Assembly: GCA_963812185.1 (NCBI GenBank)
Contig: CAWEUE010000004.1
Location: forward strand, 152,457-216,456
Length of the DNA stretch: 64,000 nucleotides
Direction: 5' to 3'
Origin: an uncultured Acidobacteriota bacterium
GTDB taxonomy: Bacteria; Acidobacteriota; Vicinamibacteria; Vicinamibacterales; JAHECP01
Each line of letters begins with the position of its first letter. The first letter of the stretch is position 1. A program made the translations under genes and the position numbers. Under the pieces are notes generated by a model. It did not search any database. It saw only the letters and a program-made list of their open reading frames with translations, and had not been told where the DNA came from. This document shows positions 28,767 through 39,943 of this stretch, piece after piece.

Positions 28767-30053
28767 ATGTACGAGGAATACTACGGGTTCACCGAGAAGC
28801 CCTTCAGCCTCACGCCGGACCCGCGCTTCCTCTTCCGGAGCGAGTCGCACGCCAGCGCGTTCGACCTGCTGCAGTACGCCATCCGCCGCCGCGAGGGCTT
28901 CGTCGTCGTCACCGGGGACATCGGCACGGGCAAGACGACGCTCTGCCGCGCGATCCTCGAGCGGCTGGACCGCCGGACGTTCACCGCGCTCGTGCTCAAC
29001 CCGTTCCTGTCCGAGGAGGACCTGCTCAAGCTGATCCTCCGCGACTTCGGCGTGGTCTCGCGCGACGAGGTGAAGCGGGGCCGGCTCGCCGGCGTCAGCA
29101 AGCAGGACCTGATCGACACGCTGAACGAGTTCCTCCTGTCGCTGCTGCCCATCGGCGCGCGCGCCCTGCTGATCATCGACGAGGCGCAGAACCTGCCGGC
29201 GCAGGTGCTCGAGCAGATCCGCATCCTCTCGAACCTCGAGACCGACACCGAGAAGCTGCTGCAAGTGGTGCTGGTGGGCCAGCTGAACCTGCACACCCTG
29301 CTCCGGTCGCCCGGCATGCGGCAGCTCGATCAGCGCGTCTCGACCCGCTATCAGCTCAACCCGCTGACCCGGGAAGAGACGGCGGGCTACGTCGCGCACC
29401 GCCTGCGCGTGGCGGGCGGCGGCTGCGTCACGTTCACGCCCAAGGCCCTCGACCTCGTGCACCGCTACTCGGGCGGGACGCCGCGGCTGATCAACCTGCT
29501 CTGCGATCGCGCGCTGCTCGGCGGCTACTCGACGCGCACGAGCCGCATTCCGCCCGAGGTCGTGGCGAAGGCGGCCGAGACGCTCGACCTCGGCCGCCGG
29601 CGCCCGGGCTGGGTCCTGCGCATGCGCCGCCTCGCCGGCGCGCTGACGGCCGGCGCCGTCGCCTCGGCGCTCGTCGGCGCCACGGCCGCCGGCGTGGTGG
29701 GCGAGGCGCGCGGCCGCCTGGTGTCCGTCCGGCCGGCGGCGCACGCCGCCGCCACGACGTCGGCCGCGCCCGCGGGCGCCCCGGCCATTCTGGTAGGATC
29801 GTTCGCGGAGCCCGCCCGCGCGTCGTCGGCCCGCCTGCGCCTCGAGCAGCTCGGGTACCGCGCGGACCGGGTCGGGATCGCCGTGGCCGGCGACTCCTCG
29901 TGGCGGGTGTGGGTGGGCGGCTACGACGACGCGGCCGAGGCGCGCCGCGACGAGGCACGCCTGAAGACCATCCCGGGGTTCGAGGCCGCGCGGGTCGTGA
30001 TCGCGGACGCGTCGTCTGCGCCCGCGCCGGCCGGGGACGGGCGGCGCCCGTGA
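28767..30053 (+). CDS. ExeA/GspA/MshM-type AAA ATPase with TM segment and C-terminal SPOR domain
   Basis: YYGFTEKPFSLTPDPRFLF, Walker A GDIGTGKTT, Walker B LLIIDEAQNL, GTPRLINLLCDRALL. C-terminal ILVGSFAEPARASSARLRLEQLGY...WRVWVGGYDDAAEARRDEARL fits a SPOR fold. GGGAG lies 8 nt before ATG 28767 (the ORF is open from GTG 28758). Confidence 0.85.
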   Translation: MYEEYYGFTEKPFSLTPDPRFLFRSESHASAFDLLQYAIRRREGFVVVTGDIGTGKTTLCRAILERLDRRTFTALVLNPFLSEEDLLKLILRDFGVVSRDEVKRGRLAGVSKQDLIDTLNEFLLSLLPIGARALLIIDEAQNLPAQVLEQIRILSNLETDTEKLLQVVLVGQLNLHTLLRSPGMRQLDQRVSTRYQLNPLTREETAGYVAHRLRVAGGGCVTFTPKALDLVHRYSGGTPRLINLLCDRALLGGYSTRTSRIPPEVVAKAAETLDLGRRRPGWVLRMRRLAGALTAGAVASALVGATAAGVVGEARGRLVSVRPAAHAAATTSAAPAGAPAILVGSFAEPARASSARLRLEQLGYRADRVGIAVAGDSSWRVWVGGYDDAAEARRDEARLKTIPGFEAARVVIADASSAPAPAGDGRRP

Positions 30054-31189
30054 GCCAGATTCTCGATGCGCTTCGCCGCGGCCGGCGGCCCGACGCCGCC
30101 CAGACTCCTCCCGAGGAGCCCAAGCGGACCGCGCATGCCGACGCCGTCCTGGCCACGCTGGGCTATACCCGGACCGCCGGCCCGCGCCGCCCGCCGCTCG
30201 GCCCGCTCGTCACCTACCTCGTGCTCATCGGCGCCATCGTGGGGTCGGCCTGGCTCGTGACCGCCTGGCTGCAGTCGTCGAACCTCGCCCGGCAGAACAC
30301 GTCGCAGACCGCCGAGCCGCCCTCGCCGGAGGCGGCCCAGACGCCCGCGCCTGTAGTCCAGCCGCCCTCACCGGCCGCGCAGATGCCCGCGCCTCCGGTC
30401 GAGAAGCCCGCGCCGGCGGCGGCGACACCCGCGGCCCCGGTCGAGAAGCCCGTGCCGGCCGCGCAGATGCCCGCGCCCCCGGTCGAGAAGCCCGTACCGG
30501 CGGCGCCGAGGCCGGCGCCTCCGGTCGAGAAGCCCGCGCCGGCGGCGGCGACACCCGCGCCCCCGGTCGAGAAGCCCGTACCGGCGGCGCCGAAACCGGC
30601 GCCTCCGGTCGAGAAGCCCGCGCCGGCCGCCGACGAGTTCCGCCTCGCGCTCTACTACCAGCGATCCGGCGACTTCGACAACGCGCTCCTGCACTACCGC
30701 GCCCTGCTCGCGAAGAACGAGCTGAACGCCGAGGCCCACAACAACCTCGGGCTCCTCTACCAGCAGAAGGGCCTGCTCGACGACGCCGTGCGCGAGTTCC
30801 GGCGCGCGCTCTTCATCGACGGCAAGTACGTGAAGGCCCGCAACAACCTGGGCGTCGTGTTCCTCCGCCAGGGCCAGCTCGACCTGGCGGCCGCCGAGCT
30901 CAAGACCTCGCTCGGCGTGGATCCCCGCAACGTGGACGCGCTGGTCAACCTGGCGCTCGTGGACAAGGCCCGCGGCGAGTCGGACCCGGCCCGCGGCCTG
31001 CTGCTCCAGGCGCTCGAGATCGATCCCCACAGCGCCGCGGCGCACTATAATCTGGCTCTACTCTACGAAGGGGCGGGCGAGACGGTGAGCGCCATCCGGC
31101 ACTACCGTCTCTTCCTGGCCGACGCGGGAGCGGATCACGCGAATCTCGCGTCCGAGGTCAGGGCCCGCATCGAAGCGTTGAGCCGGTAA
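30050..31189 (+). CDS. Membrane-anchored TPR protein with GspB/ExeB-like N-terminus and Pro-rich 14-aa repeats (MshN-like)
   Basis: GTG 30050 overlaps the upstream stop (GTGA). N-terminus SQILDALRR, TM helix LVTYLVLIGAIVGSAWLVTAWL, (PAPPVEKPxPAAxx)n repeats, then about 5 TPR units (AEAHNNLGLLYQQKGLLDDAVREFRRAL...). Confidence 0.75.
   Translation: MSQILDALRRGRRPDAAQTPPEEPKRTAHADAVLATLGYTRTAGPRRPPLGPLVTYLVLIGAIVGSAWLVTAWLQSSNLARQNTSQTAEPPSPEAAQTPAPVVQPPSPAAQMPAPPVEKPAPAAATPAAPVEKPVPAAQMPAPPVEKPVPAAPRPAPPVEKPAPAAATPAPPVEKPVPAAPKPAPPVEKPAPAADEFRLALYYQRSGDFDNALLHYRALLAKNELNAEAHNNLGLLYQQKGLLDDAVREFRRALFIDGKYVKARNNLGVVFLRQGQLDLAAAELKTSLGVDPRNVDALVNLALVDKARGESDPARGLLLQALEIDPHSAAAHYNLALLYEGAGETVSAIRHYRLFLADAGADHANLASEVRARIEALSR
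30380..30635 (+). repeat. In-frame 42-bp tandem repeat (6 units) inside the TPR gene
   Basis: CCGGTCGAGAAGCCC recurs at 30395, 30437, 30479, 30521, 30563 and 30605, an exact 42-nt period. Confidence 0.85.
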
Positions 31190-31261
31190 CAGACGGGGCC
31201 GGGCGCCTTTCCGGAGCGCAGCCGGCCTCAGGGGACGTCCATCCCCGGTGACGCCATCGCC

Positions 31262-33231
<1,970 letters not shown>

Positions 33232-33309
33232 ACGGAAGGGCTACGGAATGGGACACGGAATGCGGTTCCATCCCCACGCCCCGAGCGGCAGACCCCAGGC
33301 CGTGAGCCG

Positions 33310-34428
33310 TCAAAACGGCAGGGACCGCTGCACCTTGTAGTGCTCCACGGCCTGGCGATCGATGTGGTAGTGGCGGCCGCGCCGCGCCGCGGGCAGCTGG
33401 CCCGTGCGGACGAGCCGCCGGATCTCGCGCGGCGTGCAGCCGAGGAGGTTGGCCGCGCCGAGCAGCGTTACCGAGGTCGGCTGCAGCGCCACGCGCTCCA
33501 TCTGGTCGGGCCCGTTCAGGCGGGCCCGCAGCAGCGCCGCCTCGGCCTCGTCGAGCATCTCCACGGGGTCGATCTCGGAGACGACGCGACCGACGCCGAC
33601 GACCGCCCCGGTAATCGTCACCGGCACCCGCACGTCCGTCTTGTGGTCGCGCAGCAGCAGCCGCTCCTTCACCGTCCGGCGGAACCGGTTCGCCAGCGCC
33701 GCCGCGTCGTCGAGCGTGGTCTCGGGGAGCAGCGCCGCGATCGAGTCCTCGCCGTGGCGCCCCACCCAGTCGTCGTTCCGGAAGAAGCGCTCGGCCAGGA
33801 TGCCCAGCCGCTCCAGCAGCCGGTCGCCCGCGCCGTAGCCGAGCTCGGCGTTGATGCCCGACATGTGATCGACGTCGAAGAGCGCCAGCGCCACGGGGTG
33901 GCCCCGCCGCTGCGCCCGCGCCACCTCCTTGCCGAGCGCCATGTCCAGGACGGGGCGCGCGACGAGGGTGGTCAGGGGGTCCTGCACGATGCCGGAGGCG
34001 GGCGAGAGCGCCTGCCGCTCGGCGAGCGCGATGTGCACGTCGAGGGCGGCGAAGCGAACCAGTTGCACGACCAGCGCCCAGGGCTCCGACGTCGCGCCCA
34101 GGTGCTCGTGGAGCGCCAGCTCGTCGAGCACCACGCGCTCGGCGCGGTAGACGCACTCGAAGAGGGTCCGGATCGTCACCCGGTCGCGGCAGATGTGCTG
34201 GATGTCCACGACGCGGCCCGAGCGCGAGTCGAGCCCGCCGGCTTCGACCGCCATCTCGAAGAGCTCGAGGATGAGGGCCGACGCCTGCGCGGCGAACCCG
34301 GCGTCGGGCACCTCGCCGAGCACGTCGCTCAGCGCCGCGGCCAGGTCGGCGTCCAGCAGGTCCTCGCGCTCGCGGAGGACCGACCCGAGGCGCGTGCGAA
34401 TGTCGGTGTCCGGGATCGCGTTGCTCAT
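33310..34428 (-). CDS. Degenerate GGDEF-domain protein with C-terminal excisionase/MerR-type HTH
   Basis: GGDEF fold (DPLTTLVARP...ALALFDVDHMSGINAELGYGAGDRLL...RNDDWVGRHGEDSIAALL) with the signature GG(D/E)EF replaced by GEDSI but RxxD (RNDD) retained. C-terminal LLGAANLLGCTPREIRRLVRTGQLPAARRGRHYHIDRQAVEHY. The N-terminal ~150 aa are unassigned. Confidence 0.75.
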   Translation of the reverse strand: MSNAIPDTDIRTRLGSVLREREDLLDADLAAALSDVLGEVPDAGFAAQASALILELFEMAVEAGGLDSRSGRVVDIQHICRDRVTIRTLFECVYRAERVVLDELALHEHLGATSEPWALVVQLVRFAALDVHIALAERQALSPASGIVQDPLTTLVARPVLDMALGKEVARAQRRGHPVALALFDVDHMSGINAELGYGAGDRLLERLGILAERFFRNDDWVGRHGEDSIAALLPETTLDDAAALANRFRRTVKERLLLRDHKTDVRVPVTITGAVVGVGRVVSEIDPVEMLDEAEAALLRARLNGPDQMERVALQPTSVTLLGAANLLGCTPREIRRLVRTGQLPAARRGRHYHIDRQAVEHYKVQRSLPF

Positions 34429-34720
34429 GCCCTTCGATGCCGGCGGTGCGGGCCGGAAGGTGCGCTGAAGGACGGCGACCGGAGGGGAGCCGGGCCGGCA
34501 GAAGCCTCAGCTTGCCCCGAACGGCGCCGGTTGTCCATACCCCTCTTATCGGCCGGACCGCGCAGGCCTATTCCGAATCCAGGGCCGGACCGAAAGGATT
34601 GGCGGCGGGCCGAGGTGCGTCGCCGGCCGGTCCTCCAGGCCGGCCCGGGGCCGTGGTTCGCCAGCAACGGCAATTACACCAGAGTTTGCGCAGAATCGTG
34701 CAATAGGCCCAGATCCCGGG

Positions 34721-34749
34721 TTGAATCAGGCCGGCTTCCTGCGTAGCAT
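34721..34749 (+). promoter_or_regulatory. Sigma70-type promoter candidate (TTGAAT-17-TAGCAT) for the MshE-like ATPase gene
   Basis: Hexamers and the 17-nt spacer read directly; about 45 nt upstream of ATG 34795. Confidence 0.45.
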
Positions 34750-34794
34750 GGTCATTCGCCACTACCGCGTCGTCCCGTCCCAGAGAGTGAGTCG

Positions 34795-36802
34795 ATGAGG
34801 AAGAAGATCGGCGAGTGCCTCATCCAGGCCGGACTCATCACTGAGGAGGATCTCCAGACCGCGCTGGTCGAGCACAAGCGCACCGGGGAGCGGCTCGGTT
34901 CGGTGCTCGTGCGCCTGAACCTGGCCACCGAGAAGCAGATCACCAAGGCCCTCGCCTACCAGCTCGGCTTTCCCTACAGCAGCCTCGCCGAAGAGCCCCC
35001 CGATCCCGACGCGATCGTGCTCATCCCGAAGGACGTCGCGTTCAAGCGCGTGTGCGTCGCCGTCCGTCTCGAGAAGAACCTGCTGACCGTGGCGATGTCC
35101 GACCCGCTGCTGTTCAGCCTGGTGCAGGACCTCGAGTTCCAGACCGGCTACCGCATCCGCCAGGTGGTGGCCACGCGCTCGGACATCCTGGAGGCCATCG
35201 AGCACGGCTACCCGGACAAGGCCCTGACGCGGTACTCGCCGAACGTGTCCACGGGACTGGCGGTGAAGCCGGGCTCGGCGTCGAAGGGGCGGCTCACGGA
35301 GGCGGGTGGCACGGGGCTGGTGCGGCGGCCCGGGGAAGAGGTCTTCGAGGCGCCGGCCGCGTCGGTGCCGGCCGAGGCCAGCGACGCGGCGCCGATCGTC
35401 GATCTGGTGGACCTGGTCGTCAACAGCGCGGTGACGAGCCGGGCGAGCGACGTCCACATCGAGCCGATGGAGAAGGGCGTGCTCGTGCGCCACCGGCTCG
35501 ACGGCATGCTGAAGGAGGTCATGGACCTGCCCAAGTGGGTCCAGGACGGCCTGGTGGCCCGCCTGAAGATCATGGCGGGGATGGACATCGCCGAGAAGCG
35601 GCTGCCGCAGGACGGCCGGCTGCGGGTGAAGACCGATGACGGGCGGGACGTGGACTTCCGCGTGTCGACGCTGCGCACCCTGTTCGGCGAGAAGATCGTC
35701 CTGCGCGTCCTCGACCAGCGGAAGGGGCCGCCGCCGCTCGAGGAGCTCGGGTTCTCGTCGGGCTCGCTCGAGGAGATCTGCGGTTCTTCCTGCGGCACCA
35801 GCACGGCATGATCCTGGTCGTGGGGCCGACGGGCAGCGGCAAGACCACGACGCTCTGCTCGGCGCTGACGTCGATCCGGTCGGGGCGCACGAACATCATC
35901 ACGATCGAGGACCCGATCGAGTACCAGATTCCCGGGGTCAACCAGACGCAGATCAACGAGAAGGTGAAGCTCACTTTCGCGAGCGCGCTGCGCGCGATCC
36001 TGCGTCAGGATCCCGACGTCATCCTGGTGGGCGAGATCCGCGACCACGAGACCGCGCGAATCGCGATGCAGGCGTCGCAGACGGGCCACCTGGTGCTGTC
36101 GACGCTGCACACCGACGACGCGCCGTCGGCCGTGACGCGGCTGATGGACATGGGCATCGAGCCCTACGTCATCTCGTCGGCGCTCATCGGCGTCGTGGCG
36201 CAGCGCCTGGTGCGCCGCCTGTGCACCGAGTGCCGCCGCCAGTACACCCCGGCGCCCGAGACGCTGCGCGGCCTGAACGTCACCGAGGCGCGACGCGGCG
36301 CAGTGGCCGTTCTTCCGCGCCGTGGGCTGCGACCACTGCAACCACACCGGCTACCGGGGCCGCATCGCGCATCTACGAGGTCATGCGCGTCGGCGAGAAG
36401 GTGCGGCGCCACGTGTCCCAGCGGGCGGGCGAGGACACCGTGCGCGAGAGCGCGCTGGCCGCCGGCATGGCCAGCCTCGGCGAGGACGGCCTGGCGAAGG
36501 TCAAGTCCGGCGTGACGACAGCCGAGGAGCTGCTGCGCGTGGTCACCGAGGTCCGCGAGATGCGCACCTTCTGTCCGGGGTGCGGCGGCGCGGTGGGCCT
36601 CGATTACGTCGTGTGCCCGGCCTGCGGCCACCGGCTGAGCGGCGGCTGCACCAAGTGCGGGCGCGCCCTCCAGCCCGGTTGGAGCTTCTGTCCTTATTGC
36701 GCGAGCTCGACCGAAGCCAAGCGGTCCCGGCGCCTGCGCGACTCCCGCCGCCAGCTCGAGCTGCCGCCGCCGGCCAAGATCAGCGAGTTCAAGAAGTCCT
36801 GA
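34795..36802 (+). CDS. MshE/PilB/GspE-family secretion ATPase with N-terminal MshEN (c-di-GMP-binding type) domain and C-terminal double zinc ribbon; 3 frame breaks in this assembly
   Basis: N-terminus [53 protein letters not shown]. ATPase core [51 protein letters not shown]. Tail FCPGCGG...CPACGH...CTKCGR...CPYCAS. Frame changes are near 35777, ~36290 and 36370. Confidence 0.88.
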
Positions 36803-36887
36803 CGCGCGGCGTACCCCGCGTCCGGCGCGCCACGGTTGCGGTGGCGCGCCGCTTGAGGAAGAATGAACGCTGACCGCGACGAGAGCC

Positions 36888-37697
36888 GTGAAGAACTACT
36901 ACGATCTGCTCGGTGTCGGCCCGGCGGCGACCACCGAGGAAATCAAGCGCGCATTCAAGCACGAGATCTCCCGGTACCATCCGGACAAGGTCGAGCACCT
37001 GGGGCAGGAGTTCCAGGATCTGGCGGCGACCCGCGCGGCGACGCTGACGCGCGCCTACCAGGTGCTGGCCGACGCCACCGCGCGCGAAGAGTACGACCGC
37101 GACCTGGGCGCCGCCGCGGCGGCGCCGCCGGTCTCCGCGCCGCCGCCGCCGGCCGCCGCGCCGGCGCCGACCGGGCCGGCCGGCGCGCCGGCGCCCGAGC
37201 GCCCCGCGCCGCCGCCCGGGGCGCGCGCCGAGCGGGCCAGCAATCCCATCGTGCGCCGCGCCGCGCTCGCGCGCTTCCGCAAGGCGCTGGAGTCGTCCCT
37301 CGGCGAGGTGGAGGCGGTGCCGCTCTCCGGTTTCGACGTGTCGGTGCTCCAGCGGGCCCGCCGCAGCCTGTTTCGCAAGGGCGAGGCCGACCTGCGGCTG
37401 CTCGCGCGGTTCGTGCCGGTCGTCGACGCGGCCGCGGTCGACGACACCTGGCGGCTCGCCCGCCGCGGGCTGGCCTCGAGCGACATGACGGCCTGCCTGT
37501 TCCTCCTGGGTGTGGCGCTGGCGGAGCGGGCGGAGCTGGCCGGGGCGGTGGACGCCAACCGGCGCCACCGCAGCGGACGCGCGGCGGGCCTGCTGCTCGT
37601 CCCTGTGGACGTCCGCACCTGGGACGCCCTGATTCCGACGGGCGCGCCCGCGCCGGTGCGCGCTCTCATCGAGCATCTCCGGAACAAGAACCCATGA
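36888..37697 (+). CDS. J-domain (DnaJ-like) protein
   Basis: KNYYDLLGVGPAATTEEIKRAFKHEISRYHPDKV, including the HPD motif. The remainder is Ala/Pro-rich and unassigned. GTG start. Confidence 0.75.
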   Translation: MKNYYDLLGVGPAATTEEIKRAFKHEISRYHPDKVEHLGQEFQDLAATRAATLTRAYQVLADATAREEYDRDLGAAAAAPPVSAPPPPAAAPAPTGPAGAPAPERPAPPPGARAERASNPIVRRAALARFRKALESSLGEVEAVPLSGFDVSVLQRARRSLFRKGEADLRLLARFVPVVDAAAVDDTWRLARRGLASSDMTACLFLLGVALAERAELAGAVDANRRHRSGRAAGLLLVPVDVRTWDALIPTGAPAPVRALIEHLRNKNP

Positions 37698-38278
37698 CGA
37701 GATCTCTTCCAGGACGGGCGCGCCCCGCGCGGCTCGCCGCGTGCGGCGCCCTCGTCCTCGCCCTCGCGGCCTGCGACGCCGACCGGCCGGCCGCGCGCGC
37801 TCCCGAGACCGCGCCGGCGCCCGCGCCGATCGCGACGGCCCGGACCGACGTGCCCCATGTGAGCGTCGCGCTGCTCGCCGTCACCCGCGCCGGCGAAGCC
37901 ACCGCCGACGTGCGCTTCTCGCTCTCCAACGCTCCAGACGCGCCCGGGCCGAGCCCGATCGCGGATCTCCTGGCGCGCGCGCCGGGCGACCGCGGGAGCG
38001 TGGCGGACGTCTATCTGGTGGGGCCCGCGGCGGCGAAGAAGTACTTCGTCGTGCGGGGGGCCGACCGCACGCCGGTGAGCAGCCACGACCTCGAGCCGCT
38101 CGCGCCCGGCGAATCGCGGGTGCTCTGGGCGACGCTGGCCGCCCCGCCGCCGGGGGCCGGCACCGTGGGGGTGAAGATCCCGCACACGCCGCTGTTCGCC
38201 GACGTGCCGATCGGCGGCGGCGAGCCGGTCCGCGCGGGCGCCGGCAAGGAACCGTCCCGCCAGGCCGGCCGTATGTAG
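37694..38278 (+). CDS. Hypothetical lipoprotein
   Basis: ATG overlaps the upstream stop (ATGA). Lipobox LVLALAAC. No family recognised. Confidence 0.5.
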   Translation: MTRSLPGRARPARLAACGALVLALAACDADRPAARAPETAPAPAPIATARTDVPHVSVALLAVTRAGEATADVRFSLSNAPDAPGPSPIADLLARAPGDRGSVADVYLVGPAAAKKYFVVRGADRTPVSSHDLEPLAPGESRVLWATLAAPPPGAGTVGVKIPHTPLFADVPIGGGEPVRAGAGKEPSRQAGRM

Positions 38279-38339
38279 TACCTTGGCGGTCAGGCGTTCA
38301 TTCGTGACACGGCCCGCCGGCGAGCGGGCAGAGGCAGGC

Positions 38340-39026
38340 ATGGCTCTCATCGAGACCCGGGATCTCTGGAAGACATACGTGATGGGCGCGGAGGAGATCC
38401 ACGCGCTGCGCGGCGTCTCGGTGCAGATGGAGCGCGGCGAGTACGTGGCCATCATGGGCCCGTCCGGATCCGGCAAGTCGACCCTGATGAACCTGATTGG
38501 CTGTCTCGACACGCCGAGCAAGGGCTCCTACCTGCTCAACGACAAGCAGGTCAGCCAGATGAACGACGACGAGCTGGCCCGCATCCGGAACGAGGAGATC
38601 GGCTTCGTCTTCCAGACCTTCAACCTGCTGCCGCGCGCCACGGCCCTGCACAACGTCGAGCTGCCCCTCGTCTACGCGGGCGTGCCCACCAAGGAGCGCC
38701 AGGCCCGCGCGCGCCACGCGCTCGAGCGGGTGGAGCTCGCCGACCGCATGCTGCACCGGCCCAACGAGCTGTCGGGCGGGCAGCGGCAGCGCGTCGCCGT
38801 CGCCCGGGCGCTCGTCAACAACCCGTCCATCCTGCTGGCCGACGAGCCGACCGGCAACCTCGACTCGAAGACGGGCGCCGAGATCATGGGGCTCTTCGAG
38901 CGCCTGCATCAGTCGGGCAACACCATCGTGCTCGTCACGCACGAGGCCGAGATCGCGCAGCAGGCCTATCGCGTCATCCACATCCGCGACGGGCAGGTCG
39001 AGGACGACGTGCGCCACGCGGCGTGA
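38340..39026 (+). CDS. ABC transporter ATP-binding protein (MacB/LolD/FtsE-like subfamily)
   Basis: [49 protein letters not shown]. No permease gene is adjacent. Confidence 0.85.
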   Translation: MALIETRDLWKTYVMGAEEIHALRGVSVQMERGEYVAIMGPSGSGKSTLMNLIGCLDTPSKGSYLLNDKQVSQMNDDELARIRNEEIGFVFQTFNLLPRATALHNVELPLVYAGVPTKERQARARHALERVELADRMLHRPNELSGGQRQRVAVARALVNNPSILLADEPTGNLDSKTGAEIMGLFERLHQSGNTIVLVTHEAEIAQQAYRVIHIRDGQVEDDVRHAA

Positions 39027-39064
39027 ACGCGAGCCGGGCTCGACCTCTTCGTCCCCGCGCGGAC

Positions 39065-39943
39065 CTAGACGGCGGCCCAGTGCCCGGCGGCGACCTCGCG
39101 CAGCGGCAGGCTGCGGTCGACGGACTCCTCTTCCAGGACGAGCCTCGTGCGCGGTGCGCCGGGGTCCAGCACCGGAATCGCCGAGAGGAGCGCCCGCGTG
39201 TAGGGATGCTCGGGCGTCTCGAAGAGGGCCTCCGCCGGCGCCAGCTCCACGATTTGCCCCCGATACATCACCGCGACGCGGCCGCAGATGTGCCGCACGA
39301 GCCGCAGGTCGTGGGCGATGAAGAGATAGGTCAGCTTCAGCCGCTGCTGGAGCTCCATCATCAGGTTGACCACCTGCGCCTGCACGGACACGTCGAGTGA
39401 GGACACCGGCTCGTCGGCGATGACGAGCGACGGCTCCAGGGCCAGCGCGCGCGCGAGGCCGATGCGTTGCCGCTGGCCGCCGCTGAACTCGTGCGGGTAG
39501 CGGTCCGCGAGCGCCGGGTCCAGCCCCACCAGGTCGAACAGCTCCGCGACGCGCCGGCGCCGGGCCGTCCCGTCCCCCAGGCGGTGGATGACGAGCGGCT
39601 CCTCGACGATCGCCCCCGCGCGCATGCGCGGGTTGAGCGACGAGTAGGGGTCCTGGAACACGATCTGCATCTCGCGCCGGACGCGCCGCATCTCGGCGGC
39701 CGAGAGCGCCAGCAGGTCGCGGCCGCGGAAGCGCACCTCGCCCGAGGTGGGCTCGATGAGCCGCAGCACGCACCGCCCCGTGGTGGTCTTGCCCGATCCG
39801 CTCTCGCCGACCAGGCCGAACGTCTCGCCCTCGTCGATGTCGAAGCTCACGTCGTCGACGGCGCGCACCACGGCGCCGTGGCGGAGCAGGCCCTGCCCGC
39901 TGGTGAACTCCTTGACGAGATGGCGGACCTCGACGAGCGGCAT
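39065..39943 (-). CDS. Oligopeptide/dipeptide-type ABC transporter ATP-binding protein (OppF/DppF-like)
   Basis: [54 protein letters not shown] overlaps the oppD-like stop (ATGA). Confidence 0.85.
   Translation of the reverse strand: MPLVEVRHLVKEFTSGQGLLRHGAVVRAVDDVSFDIDEGETFGLVGESGSGKTTTGRCVLRLIEPTSGEVRFRGRDLLALSAAEMRRVRREMQIVFQDPYSSLNPRMRAGAIVEEPLVIHRLGDGTARRRRVAELFDLVGLDPALADRYPHEFSGGQRQRIGLARALALEPSLVIADEPVSSLDVSVQAQVVNLMMELQQRLKLTYLFIAHDLRLVRHICGRVAVMYRGQIVELAPAEALFETPEHPYTRALLSAIPVLDPGAPRTRLVLEEESVDRSLPLREVAAGHWAAV

Noticed and set aside
34429-34794. c-di-GMP riboswitch or other known riboswitch in the 366-bp GGDEF/ATPase intergenic region.
   Set aside because: I could not recognise GEMM-I/II conserved cores by eye. 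Only a sigma70-like promoter (34721-34749) is supportable. A covariance-model scan would be needed.
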